DNA of 64,000 nucleotides from a virus. Positions 9,186 to 18,565 of the stretch are shown one piece after another (the stretch's first letter is position 1; every line of letters starts with the position of its first letter). The DNA lies in IMG/VR virus record IMGVR_UViG_3300030493_000012. One strand, 5' to 3'. The position numbers and the translations under genes were made by a program. The notes under the pieces are model-generated. The model was not told where the DNA came from and made no database searches. It saw only the letters and a program-made list of their open reading frames with translations.

Positions 9186-11135
9186 TTAAAGCTCCGTTCC
9201 GTTTTTCGTCCAGGAGGTGAGTATGCCGTTGATGTACACCTGAACGTTTGTTACTGCGGTCGTCCCGTCAACTTCCTTGGAATACCAAGTATTGGTGATG
9301 CTCTTGGTTGCGGTGGTTCCGATGTGCGAAAGTGCGCTGATGGTGGTGGTTCCTCCGAGCCAGTTGGTTCCTTCACCAGCAAACACAACTTGCAAATTTG
9401 TAGAAGAATTAAAAAGTTGAAATTGTCCTGCTCGTCCTGCCGCTGCACCCCCTGATCCAGATGAACCAGTTTTAAGCATAACGCGCACATCTCCACCACT
9501 TCCTCCAACGACTGTTCCACTCGTGGGCGTTGCGCCTGCGCCGAGTTCAAAAATAAAAGACGAGGCATCCACAACCCTGGTTGCTGCCGCAAATCCATTT
9601 CGTCCCATCCAGTAAGTATCATTCCCCAAGGAGCTTCTGTTGTCTCTCGCCGAATTGGTCACGGCGAAATAATCATGTCCTGTGGACTGAGCGTAACTGC
9701 CACTTGTCCCCATATTCAGACACAGCCTCTCACCCGCTGGGTTGTAAAGCCAAGTGCCAGTGTTTCCAGTTCGAGACAAAATTGCACCTCGGCGGTTTGA
9801 GAAATAACTGTTATATCCGGTCGTGTCCGTGTACATGTACGAATATCCGGCGGGGTCGAGTAAAAGCCGCGTACCTTCAGTTACGGGGAATAGTTGCCCA
9901 ACTTGATTAATTCCCCAACGATTCGTGCCCCAAGTGCCGAAATAAATCGGCATCGAATTGCTTGTGCCAGTTCCACTGGCAAAAGTCCCCAGATTCATCC
10001 CCGTAGAAGTAAGGCTCATCTGGTACTTCTCAAAATTCACCGCGTCACCATAGCCAGCGCGATGCAGAGTAATTGTGGAGTTGGTTAGTAAATTTAAGCC
10101 GTTGGTTAAGGTTAAATGTGCAAAATTTGTATCTGTTACCGCAGTTCCATGAATAGTTATTACTCCGTCATTTGTAATTAATAAAATATTAGTTCCCTGT
10201 AATAAAGACGTTACTGTATAAATATTTGTGGCTAAATTTATTTGGTTAGTTAAAAACTCTCTATTGGCCATTACATTAGTATTGATATCCAAAATATTAG
10301 GATTATTTGAACTTAATCCATAACCAACACCGGCCCAAGGAATTACGTCATTTGTTGTTAATGAGGATGTTCCAAAACCATTGGTTGCTGTGTTTATGTA
10401 ATTAGTCAAAAAAGCTCGCGAGGCTAAATAATTCGTATCAGCAATACTTGATAAAGTATAAATTGACCGCCCGCTTACAACATTAGAAACTATAGTAATA
10501 TTTGTGCCAACAGCAACACTCGGAAGCCAGTTTGTATGTGCTAAAAAGTTCGTAATTGAGGCAGTTACAAATCCATTAGTGGCCGTATCAATATAATTAG
10601 TCAGAAAAGTCCTAGAGGCCAAAACATTTGTGTTTCCAGAAAATGTTAATTCCCAATTGTTAGTTGTAATATCAACGCCTGAACCAGCAGTTAAAATATA
10701 AATTTGATTTGTTCCAGCTAAACCATTAGTTATTGAACTTGTCACGAATCCATTTGTTGCAGTTTCAAGATAATTGGTCAAAAATATTCTGGTCGCTATA
10801 ACATTAGTGTCAACCTTAATAATTCCTGAATTTGTAATTATGGTCAAATTGTCGAAATTAGTAAAAGAAACATCACTATAACTTGAAGCCGAAATTGTCA
10901 CTGAATTGTCAGCATTGGTCACAAATACCATGTTTGTCCCAATTAAAAGATTTGACTTGGTAAATATGTTGTTGGTGAAGATAAAATTCGAAGGCTTGGA
11001 TAAAACACCATTTGAATCAACCATCACAGTTCTTAAAGCCCCGGCCATAAAAGCAGGGTCATTGGCTGGCGCTGAATTTAACACAGAACCAACTATCGTC
11101 ATTAAAAACAAAACAAAATAATTAATAAATTTCAT
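9186..11135 (-). CDS. Thr/Asn-rich fibre-like protein with signal-peptide-like N-terminus
   Basis: Likely start ATG 11135 (MKFINYFVLFLMTIVGSVLNSAPA); four TN(V/Y)xAxRxFLTNxIxxATN repeats; Gly/Thr-rich C-terminal half. Confidence 0.65.
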   Translation of the reverse strand: MKFINYFVLFLMTIVGSVLNSAPANDPAFMAGALRTVMVDSNGVLSKPSNFIFTNNIFTKSNLLIGTNMVFVTNADNSVTISASSYSDVSFTNFDNLTIITNSGIIKVDTNVIATRIFLTNYLETATNGFVTSSITNGLAGTNQIYILTAGSGVDITTNNWELTFSGNTNVLASRTFLTNYIDTATNGFVTASITNFLAHTNWLPSVAVGTNITIVSNVVSGRSIYTLSSIADTNYLASRAFLTNYINTATNGFGTSSLTTNDVIPWAGVGYGLSSNNPNILDINTNVMANREFLTNQINLATNIYTVTSLLQGTNILLITNDGVITIHGTAVTDTNFAHLTLTNGLNLLTNSTITLHRAGYGDAVNFEKYQMSLTSTGMNLGTFASGTGTSNSMPIYFGTWGTNRWGINQVGQLFPVTEGTRLLLDPAGYSYMYTDTTGYNSYFSNRRGAILSRTGNTGTWLYNPAGERLCLNMGTSGSYAQSTGHDYFAVTNSARDNRSSLGNDTYWMGRNGFAAATRVVDASSFIFELGAGATPTSGTVVGGSGGDVRVMLKTGSSGSGGAAAGRAGQFQLFNSSTNLQVVFAGEGTNWLGGTTTISALSHIGTTATKSITNTWYSKEVDGTTAVTNVQVYINGILTSWTKNGTEL

Positions 11136-11136
11136 A

Positions 11137-11625
11137 TTAGGTATAATCTGGCGGGCCAAGCACTAACTGTTGGTCATAAGCGCCAACCGCACGATAACCA
11201 GTAATAGCTCCATCCCAAACCTGCAAATGACCATTTTGGAATCGGTAATTGTCGCCAGTAACAGGAACCACCTGAATAACTACATCAGTATTTGTGATTT
11301 CTGGGTCAACAATTGCTTTGCCTTGTAAAACTCTTTCCGCGCCAGTTATTGAGGTGTAAATTTCAACATCGTAATATAAATTTCCGGCTGGTAATGATTC
11401 TGTGTCATCGGCACCTAAAGCCAAAAGAACCATGCCACTAGCCGGAACCACAACGTTCGGCTCAAGGTTCATTATAGCCGTGCTGGAAGAATAACGATAT
11501 TTGATAACGCCGCGAGCAGAATATCCAGTCAAATTTCTTGCCGTACCGCCGGTGTCAGTGACGGTGTAAAGCAAAGAATAACTGCTTCCTTGAGCTATAA
11601 GTAAATCATAGACTGTTGCGGCCAT
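11137..11625 (-). CDS. BppU-N-like virion structural protein
   Basis: IAQGSSYSL...RNLTGYSARG...LYYDVEI...RVLQGKAIVDPEIT pattern. Confidence 0.65.
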   Translation of the reverse strand: MAATVYDLLIAQGSSYSLLYTVTDTGGTARNLTGYSARGVIKYRYSSSTAIMNLEPNVVVPASGMVLLALGADDTESLPAGNLYYDVEIYTSITGAERVLQGKAIVDPEITNTDVVIQVVPVTGDNYRFQNGHLQVWDGAITGYRAVGAYDQQLVLGPPDYT

Positions 11626-11637
11626 AGTTTTTAATTA

Positions 11638-12024
11638 TTAAACAGGCTGTTCGATTGGTGTCTCTGGCACTGGCGGGGGCCAATTAAACCCTTCAAGGCT
11701 AAAATATCTAGCCAAAGCCGTTTTTGCCTCATTGCGCTTGGCAAGAACCTCTTCATCAGTTAAATTAATATCACTAGCTACGCTTCTTAAAAATTCGGTT
11801 GTTTTATTTATTCTTTGTGTTCTATAACTTGCGCCAGTAGAATCCCAACCTTTTTGTGCGTAAGCAAGAATTTCTTGGATTGAGATTGGCCGAATATGTG
11901 GAGCATCAACTAATGTTCCTTCTTGTGCTCTAACACAGTAAATTAAATCAATTAGAGTATTTTCGGAAAAATCCAATGAACCAATCTCTTGGTTATCAGC
12001 AAAAATTTTAATCTGAATATTCAT
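11638..12024 (-). CDS. Hypothetical protein
   Basis: 128 aa; GTGTAA at 12051-12056. Confidence 0.6.
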   Translation of the reverse strand: MNIQIKIFADNQEIGSLDFSENTLIDLIYCVRAQEGTLVDAPHIRPISIQEILAYAQKGWDSTGASYRTQRINKTTEFLRSVASDINLTDEEVLAKRNEAKTALARYFSLEGFNWPPPVPETPIEQPV

Positions 12025-12075
12025 AGTGTAAAATAAAGTTTCTCCTTTAATTACACCAAATCCTGCTTCTAAAAA

Positions 12076-12465
12076 CTATTCAGACTCAGGTGCATCAATA
12101 TATTTTGCTCGCTGGCCTGTCTGCTTTAACTCTTCCATGACTTGTTCTTTTGTCAAGGTTGATTTTGGGCGGCTAAAACCTGTTTTTTGTTCTTTAATCA
12201 GATTTTCAAATTTAACTTTTCGAGCAATATTGACCTCACCATCACCTAAAACATCAACTTTAAACATTTCTGGACTAGTTTCAATTTCAGGCTCTAGTTC
12301 TGGCTCCGCTAATTCATTCTTAATAATAGGCGTGATTTTCGGCACAATTTTCGGACTATTCGCCATTACAATAGACATTCCTTTACCACAAACATTACAA
12401 AATTTAGGTTTTTGGAGAGTATAAAGATTTTCGGCACCACAACTTGGACAGTAACTTTTCAACAT
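12076..12465 (-). CDS. Zinc-ribbon protein
   Basis: CPSCG...KPKFCNVCG. Confidence 0.65.
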   Translation of the reverse strand: MLKSYCPSCGAENLYTLQKPKFCNVCGKGMSIVMANSPKIVPKITPIIKNELAEPELEPEIETSPEMFKVDVLGDGEVNIARKVKFENLIKEQKTGFSRPKSTLTKEQVMEELKQTGQRAKYIDAPESE

Positions 12466-12515
12466 AATTTTGCCTCTTTAAACTAGATTTAGTTTGTTTT
12501 AAACTAAGAGTTGGA

Positions 12516-12872
12516 TTAAAGCATTAATTTACGAATAATTTCGTTTTTCTTTTGAGCGTCGGACCGAACAGTTTGAGCGCCACCAACTTTATAAAAAGAA
12601 CAATAGCCTCGAAATTCGTTAATTAAAGCATTCATTCCGCGAGTTCGTTCGTTTTTGTCAGTTGGGTCTGTAATCTTTATTCCGAAATTAAGAGCATACT
12701 CGTACAACTCATTGGCAGACATAGATTTAAGCTTGGTCTCGAACTCGGACTCATCAATTGTGCCGAATTTATTACCTGAATTGCCAAAATAGGCATTTAT
12801 AGTGGCGCTCTTAACTTGCTTTGGAACAACCTGACCGTTGGCTTGCTTTAATTCTTTGAGTTTCTTTTTCAT
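12516..12872 (-). CDS. Hypothetical protein
   Basis: 118 aa; GTGTAA at 12887-12892. Confidence 0.6.
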   Translation of the reverse strand: MKKKLKELKQANGQVVPKQVKSATINAYFGNSGNKFGTIDESEFETKLKSMSANELYEYALNFGIKITDPTDKNERTRGMNALINEFRGYCSFYKVGGAQTVRSDAQKKNEIIRKLML

Positions 12873-12930
12873 ATCTTTACAAGAGATTACACTTAATGTT
12901 ACGAAAATATCTTGACTTTCGGAAGTATTT

Positions 12931-13929
12931 TTAGGCGGTTATTAAGGATTTATCAATAATAGATTCTGGAGTTTCAAGAGGCTCTTGGATTGTAAGTGCC
13001 TCTGGCTCAGGAATATAGATTGGAGCATTTTGCGGCTCAATAGGAGGTTCGATTTTATAGGTAAATAAATGAGGATACCTTTGCTTAAAAATAAAAAGTT
13101 GTTCTAATATTCTTGGATTTTTCCATTTTCTATCAAGAGTCGGCAAGTTCGGAATCGTGTTAATTACCTCAACAATAGCCATAGCCATTGGCCCGCAAAC
13201 AGCATATCCATAAGCTCTGGAGCCTTTTATTGAATATATTTTACTATTGTTTGGTCCTCTTATTGTTAAAAATTTGTCGTATAAGAAAGACTTGATCCAC
13301 TCTAAAATTTTGATACTTGCGCTAATCCAAGTTATTGAGACTTCATTATTTTTAGTGTTTCTTATCTGGACGCTGCCATCGCCATCCGTATAACCCGCTA
13401 AGTAGCAGAAAGATAGGTAATCATTTAAATTAGGAGGCGCTAATCTGTACGTCTTTTTTGGCTCTATGTTGAAATTGTTTTTCAAATCTACTAAACATTT
13501 TTGAGCGCCACTTATTCTTATTGATTTGCAATAGCTAATTAACCCGCTTTTTCTTTTCATGTTTTCGTCTCGGATGTTTCCTGTAAATTTCATTTGAGCC
13601 TTTAAAATTTCAACTTGCAACTTGTCTTTTTCGTGCAACGTTAAAACAAGCAACGCACCGTGATGGTGCTTAGGATAAGCGATATACCCATCTGCGGCTA
13701 AATAACCAGCCCAATAAGAATTTAATGGATTCGGTATTGCAAAAAAATCATCATCATGTGAATATTTTTTAGGTTTATAATAGTTACTAATACCTATTTT
13801 ATGAGCCTTTGTTCTACATGCGCTGTCGGTTTTATTTATAAGTTTACCAATTTCAGAATAACTTATATTAGTCTCGGCTAATTCTTTTAATTTAGCGACC
13901 TTTTCTTCTGTCCATCTGTTTTCATTCAT
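12931..13929 (-). CDS. Free-standing double-motif LAGLIDADG homing endonuclease
   Basis: YWAGYLAADGYI and YLAGYTDGDGSV motifs; N-terminal HTH-like RWTEEKVAKLKEL. Confidence 0.85.
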   Translation of the reverse strand: MNENRWTEEKVAKLKELAETNISYSEIGKLINKTDSACRTKAHKIGISNYYKPKKYSHDDDFFAIPNPLNSYWAGYLAADGYIAYPKHHHGALLVLTLHEKDKLQVEILKAQMKFTGNIRDENMKRKSGLISYCKSIRISGAQKCLVDLKNNFNIEPKKTYRLAPPNLNDYLSFCYLAGYTDGDGSVQIRNTKNNEVSITWISASIKILEWIKSFLYDKFLTIRGPNNSKIYSIKGSRAYGYAVCGPMAMAIVEVINTIPNLPTLDRKWKNPRILEQLFIFKQRYPHLFTYKIEPPIEPQNAPIYIPEPEALTIQEPLETPESIIDKSLITA

Positions 13930-13960
13930 ATACTATACATCCTTTGCTATTATAGGCACT

Positions 13961-13992
13961 AAAAAACCGAATATCAATAAAATATTCGGTTT
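13961..13992 (-). terminator. Intrinsic terminator after major capsid gene
   Basis: AACCGAATAT-loop-ATATTCGGTT plus T-run on the minus strand. Confidence 0.8.
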
Positions 13993-14007
13993 GTGAATTG
14001 ATTTTGA

Positions 14008-15093
14008 TTAGACTTCTAATCCGGTAACACAGCGACTATCCACGCAAATACGCCCCTCTTCGACCCCGCCGTAAAATCCCAACTTGCCCGAACGCTTAGT
14101 GAATGTATCATCCACATTCAATTGTAGCTCGCTTCCGTTTTCAGTATTTTGTGCTACAGCGCGAATTAATGCGCCACGGCTCGAATCTACGGCTAAAACA
14201 ATCTCGTCAGAGGCAGTTGTAAAGCCGCTAGTTTGATAAGCTCCGTATAATATATTGTACGCTTGCCCAATACCCAGTTCCGCGAGTTCAACTACGTTCT
14301 TTTTGTAGATAGACATTGCACCGGCTGAATCGTATATTTGCTGGCGCACGTTGTCCGGGAGCGGAATTGCGGTTGACTCGTCGGTGTTGGGAACTGCGCG
14401 AGTATTCATAGGTTGATAAGCCCAGCTTCTTAACTGCTCTCCCATTTCGTACGAAATAAACAAATCGGTATATCCATTTGAAAATGGATTAGCCGGTGTT
14501 CCAGAATTGAAGGCAGTGTTTAAGCGTTTACCCAATGTCAAGAGACGATTAAAATCATCTAACTGTAGAACATTGGCAGTAGTCGCGTCAATAACGTGCG
14601 CGGTTCCTTTAGTAGAAGCTTCCGCGAGCGTCTTTAGAACAACCAACCAAGCGTTACGGTCTTGACGAATCGCTACTTCTTGTGCAGCTCGATTAAGAGC
14701 CATTGATACATAAGGAAGGCGACCGCGCTGAACGTTACGAGTTAACAAAGCAATGGCAGTTTCGAGTTGGTAGGTCTGAACCTTTAACTCTTGCAAACCA
14801 GTAACTACGCTGGTGCCAGTGCCGCCAGCAATACTCTGGCTCCACACTTGTACTTGGTCAACACCAGTACCGTAGAACATGTCAAGAGGGAAACTCGCAT
14901 CGTCGTCCTGAGCGAATTGCCAATCAGTGTAAATCAGTTTCGCGGTAGATAAAAAATTAACTACTTGCTGAATAACTGGCCCCATAGCGGCGGCGAAATC
15001 TTCGCGGGCTTTCATGGCTGTGGTTAAGTCATTAGAAGCCATAGCTTTGATTAAAGCCACTTGCTCTTGAGTGTTTTTGAATTGAATCTTCAT
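14008..15093 (-). CDS. Major capsid protein
   Basis: 361 aa after protease/scaffold and decoration genes; high-expression-like codon usage; ends KLGFYGGVEEGRICVDSR. Confidence 0.8.
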   Translation of the reverse strand: MKIQFKNTQEQVALIKAMASNDLTTAMKAREDFAAAMGPVIQQVVNFLSTAKLIYTDWQFAQDDDASFPLDMFYGTGVDQVQVWSQSIAGGTGTSVVTGLQELKVQTYQLETAIALLTRNVQRGRLPYVSMALNRAAQEVAIRQDRNAWLVVLKTLAEASTKGTAHVIDATTANVLQLDDFNRLLTLGKRLNTAFNSGTPANPFSNGYTDLFISYEMGEQLRSWAYQPMNTRAVPNTDESTAIPLPDNVRQQIYDSAGAMSIYKKNVVELAELGIGQAYNILYGAYQTSGFTTASDEIVLAVDSSRGALIRAVAQNTENGSELQLNVDDTFTKRSGKLGFYGGVEEGRICVDSRCVTGLEV

Positions 15094-15135
15094 ATTTTGT
15101 TTTTTGCTTAAAGATTTATACTGATTTGTTTAGAA

Positions 15136-15678
15136 TTATAGTTCCAGCTTAAATAACACAACACCATTGCTGTCTTTTGGCCCAAGGAATTTTCCTACCT
15201 TGGTTGCGGTTGAAGCAGAATCACCAGTCACGCTAATTTCTGCATTGCTATTAAGATAAGCATTTGCACCAACTGTTACAGTGCCACCAACACCAGAATA
15301 AAGGAAAATACCTTTTGTTACAATATTGACGCCACAGCCAGAGATAATCCAGTTATTCTCAATTGCTTTGCGAGGATTGTAGATTAGTTTTTCGCCATTC
15401 TCGTCGGTCTCGCGTACATCGTACAGGAGCATACCGATTGCGGCATCACCAGTTCCGTTGCAAGCCGCCACTTGAGCAGGCAGACCCCAACGAACCGATT
15501 CAGTACCAGCGAAGTCGTAACCGGCAGTGCCTACGACAGAAGAGAATTGGTCAGCAGCAAATCCGCTTACAATTTTAACGAACGTACCGGCCTGCGCTGG
15601 CATAGTGCCTGAGTAACCGTACAGACCATTGATACAATCGTTTTCGTCAACTACGCGGAAGGGTTTAATTGTTGGCAT
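15136..15678 (-). CDS. Capsid decoration/cement protein
   Basis: 180 aa Gly/Ala-rich, immediately upstream of MCP. Confidence 0.6.
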   Translation of the reverse strand: MPTIKPFRVVDENDCINGLYGYSGTMPAQAGTFVKIVSGFAADQFSSVVGTAGYDFAGTESVRWGLPAQVAACNGTGDAAIGMLLYDVRETDENGEKLIYNPRKAIENNWIISGCGVNIVTKGIFLYSGVGGTVTVGANAYLNSNAEISVTGDSASTATKVGKFLGPKDSNGVVLFKLEL

Positions 15679-15741
15679 ATATTTTTTCCTTATTATTTAT
15701 CGTTATAATTAGTTACACTGATTTTTTATTTTTTCCAATAA

Positions 15742-17274
15742 TTATTTGCTTTTTTGAACACAAGCATCGAAACTAAATGCTTTCTTGTATTTATTTTCAG
15801 TGGATTCCTGTGCTGTGGAACCATTTGGAATTGTTGGAGTTACAGGTGTGGCTGTTGCCAAGGCGGCTGCAACTACATCAGTTTTAACTTCCTCTTTTTT
15901 GGTTTCAACTGCCTTTTCAACCACTTTTTCAGTCACGACAGTTTCAGAAGCAATAGAAGCTTTTACTTTCTTATTACATTCACTTTCCTTCATTTCTTCC
16001 TCTTCCATCATTTTCTTGGCTTTCTTGGTCTTGTTTTTCATCAAAACCTTCATTTTCTTCGCATAAGCCTCAAATTGCTCATCAGTCATGTCTTTAATAT
16101 CAGCAACAATAATAGCCCGCTCTTCATTATCAAGTTCAAATTCCTCACTTAATGATTCCATGCGGCAGTTAAACTTTGTTTCTGCTTCTTGTGCATCTTT
16201 GGCGGCAACAAGCTCAGTTAGCTTCTTATTTACTTCATCTAGCTGCTTTTTCAAGGTTTCTTGGTCAGCGGCCAATGAAGAATTCTTGGTTTCTAGCTCT
16301 TTGATCTGATTTTCTTTGGCCACTTTCTCAGCTTCCCACTTTTCGTTGGCCTTTTTGATTTCAGAGTCAAACATGTCGGTAATCGAAGATGCAGTACATT
16401 CCTTAAGTGTTTCTTCGTTAAGTTCTTTGATGCTAGTAATTTTCATAATTTCTTTGTTAGTTATTACACTTGATTTATCTAAACTAATATTTTCTGATTC
16501 AATTTTTACTGATGCCTCTATTTCCAAAGGCTCGTCATTTGGCTTAATCAAAGCAATTCCTTTGACTTCGGCGGCTGGATTTTCAACTAATCCCATGCCA
16601 GCGGGAATCAAAAAGTCACCTTTAATGACTCTATATACATATTTACCATCTTTTTTGCCCGAACCGCCATTCATTAACAAGAAATCCTCAAATTTAGCTT
16701 TTTCAGCCTCGTCTGTTATGATTTGGCACTCATTTACATTTTTTGAGCCTATGGCAATGTCATAATCGTTATAATATAGCTCCCAGCTTGTAGATATTGA
16801 GCCATAAGAATCAGATGACTCATCTGCTGAATCCTCTAATTTCTGAATTAATTCCTCTGATAGCAAGGTTTTGTAAATAACTGTGGCATAAGCCATATTA
16901 AAAGGCTCATTTAGCTCGCTGGCTTGTTCTTCTGTCAATAATTCATTTGAGCCGAACTTACTATAGCCAGTATTACAAATAACACCACATATATTTGAGC
17001 GGTCGTGTGAAATGTCAAGCGGTTTTATGTAAAAGAATTTGTTAATAGCAATAGCTGTTTTTGCATCTAAAGAATCACCATTTGCGTTCATTCTGCCAGC
17101 TACAGCGCCATTAAAAACACAACCAATCAAATCAATATTCTTCTTCAAATCAATGTTTGAAGGAAAAAGGCTCTTTAAAGCATCTAAACTAGCTGTAGCC
17201 AACAGTTTATCTATCTCGTCATGGTAAACTTTGGTTATTTTACCGCTAAATGATGTCTTGTATTTAAAAGGCAT
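15742..17274 (-). CDS. Prohead protease fused to coiled-coil scaffold
   Basis: N-terminal NANGD...ISHDRS...STSWEL...GMGLVENPAAEVKG protease-like motifs; acidic coiled-coil C-terminal half. Confidence 0.7.
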   Translation of the reverse strand: MPFKYKTSFSGKITKVYHDEIDKLLATASLDALKSLFPSNIDLKKNIDLIGCVFNGAVAGRMNANGDSLDAKTAIAINKFFYIKPLDISHDRSNICGVICNTGYSKFGSNELLTEEQASELNEPFNMAYATVIYKTLLSEELIQKLEDSADESSDSYGSISTSWELYYNDYDIAIGSKNVNECQIITDEAEKAKFEDFLLMNGGSGKKDGKYVYRVIKGDFLIPAGMGLVENPAAEVKGIALIKPNDEPLEIEASVKIESENISLDKSSVITNKEIMKITSIKELNEETLKECTASSITDMFDSEIKKANEKWEAEKVAKENQIKELETKNSSLAADQETLKKQLDEVNKKLTELVAAKDAQEAETKFNCRMESLSEEFELDNEERAIIVADIKDMTDEQFEAYAKKMKVLMKNKTKKAKKMMEEEEMKESECNKKVKASIASETVVTEKVVEKAVETKKEEVKTDVVAAALATATPVTPTIPNGSTAQESTENKYKKAFSFDACVQKSK

Positions 17275-17275
17275 C

Positions 17276-17662
17276 TTATTTTTTGGTTAAATCAACCTCT
17301 GCAATTCTACCTTGGCGGCTGGCATATACTGTCACAAGTGGCTTAACATCAAAATCTTCTGACAAACCACATTTATCAAGAACTTTTTTTAATTGAGTTG
17401 CGGTCAGCTTTGGCAAGTGTCCAATTGTATGTTCGTATTGAACTTCTTGCAGCCTGTCCATATATTTCCAAACATTATCAATCATTTGGTACATATAACT
17501 ATAAGCCTCATACAAATCCTCTTTTGAACACATTTCCTCTTCCTTCTCTTCGCCTTCTGGCTCTGCCATATCATCAGCCTTGGCAACAGGAAGTTTAGCC
17601 TGAATTTTGGCTTGAAGTTCAGTAATCTTGGCTTGTAATTCTTTGAGTTCTTCTAGTTTCAT
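17276..17662 (-). CDS. Hypothetical acidic protein
   Basis: 128 aa; GTGTAA at 17693-17698. Confidence 0.6.
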   Translation of the reverse strand: MKLEELKELQAKITELQAKIQAKLPVAKADDMAEPEGEEKEEEMCSKEDLYEAYSYMYQMIDNVWKYMDRLQEVQYEHTIGHLPKLTATQLKKVLDKCGLSEDFDVKPLVTVYASRQGRIAEVDLTKK

Positions 17663-17692
17663 AGCTATAAAATAAAAATATCTAATTGTTAA

Positions 17693-18562
17693 TTACACCT
17701 TACTTAATAAAAACTCTAGCTTTTCTTCAATTGAAGCAATTTTCATGTCTATGATTGTGAAGGCGTGAGTTATTAAAATTTCCTGATTTTTGGCGTTTGG
17801 TAGAATGATTGGCAACTGAATATTTGGTGTAAAATCTGAATAAATTTCGTAACCAACAGCAGTTTTCGATTCTCCTGTATAAGTTCCATTAATAATTAGC
17901 TCCCACTTATTAACAGACAAATCTCCTTGTTTTAGCCCGCTTGGTATAACTGAATCAACTAAAATCAAACTCTCTTTTTCTGAATTAACAACATTTCGGA
18001 CTGTCACTTCTATAAATTTCTTTTGTGGTATGGCGTTATATTCAATATCCAAAACAGCACCAGAACCAGAGCCTCCTTCCATCATTCCAACTTGAGGATA
18101 ATTCAAATAAATACCCTTTTCGACTAATCCTATTCTTTGAATTTCACCATTTTCGGAAACTTGGTTAACTTTAATCTGAGTTACTTTTGTTTGGTTATCA
18201 AACTTACTTAGTGCCAAAACGCCACCCGCCACAGTTAAAACATCACCAACTTTATAATTTGAACCAGCATTTTTTATACTGTTAACTGTTAATAATTCGT
18301 ATTCGTTGTAAGTTAAAATAGCTTTGTCGCCTCTGAATATCTCAGCCCCACAGTTGCCTTTTATTTTGATTTGAAATTCATTTAAAACCTCAAATTTCTG
18401 GCTATAAGACAAAGGATTTGTTTTAATTACCTGATAAAAACAGGAATCGGAGCTAAATTTGATAAAACTACCTTTTTTAACAGATTGCCAAGAAGCAGAA
18501 GAGTCGCTTATTACTCTGCTTGAATCTTTACTTATAGAACAAGTGCCTATCGAATTTTTCAT
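17693..18562 (-). CDS. Putative virion structural protein
   Basis: beta-rich; NAGSNYKVGDVLTVAGG and GGSGSGAVLDI motifs typical of virion proteins. Confidence 0.55.
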   Translation of the reverse strand: MKNSIGTCSISKDSSRVISDSSASWQSVKKGSFIKFSSDSCFYQVIKTNPLSYSQKFEVLNEFQIKIKGNCGAEIFRGDKAILTYNEYELLTVNSIKNAGSNYKVGDVLTVAGGVLALSKFDNQTKVTQIKVNQVSENGEIQRIGLVEKGIYLNYPQVGMMEGGSGSGAVLDIEYNAIPQKKFIEVTVRNVVNSEKESLILVDSVIPSGLKQGDLSVNKWELIINGTYTGESKTAVGYEIYSDFTPNIQLPIILPNAKNQEILITHAFTIIDMKIASIEEKLEFLLSKV

Positions 18563-18565
18563 ACT

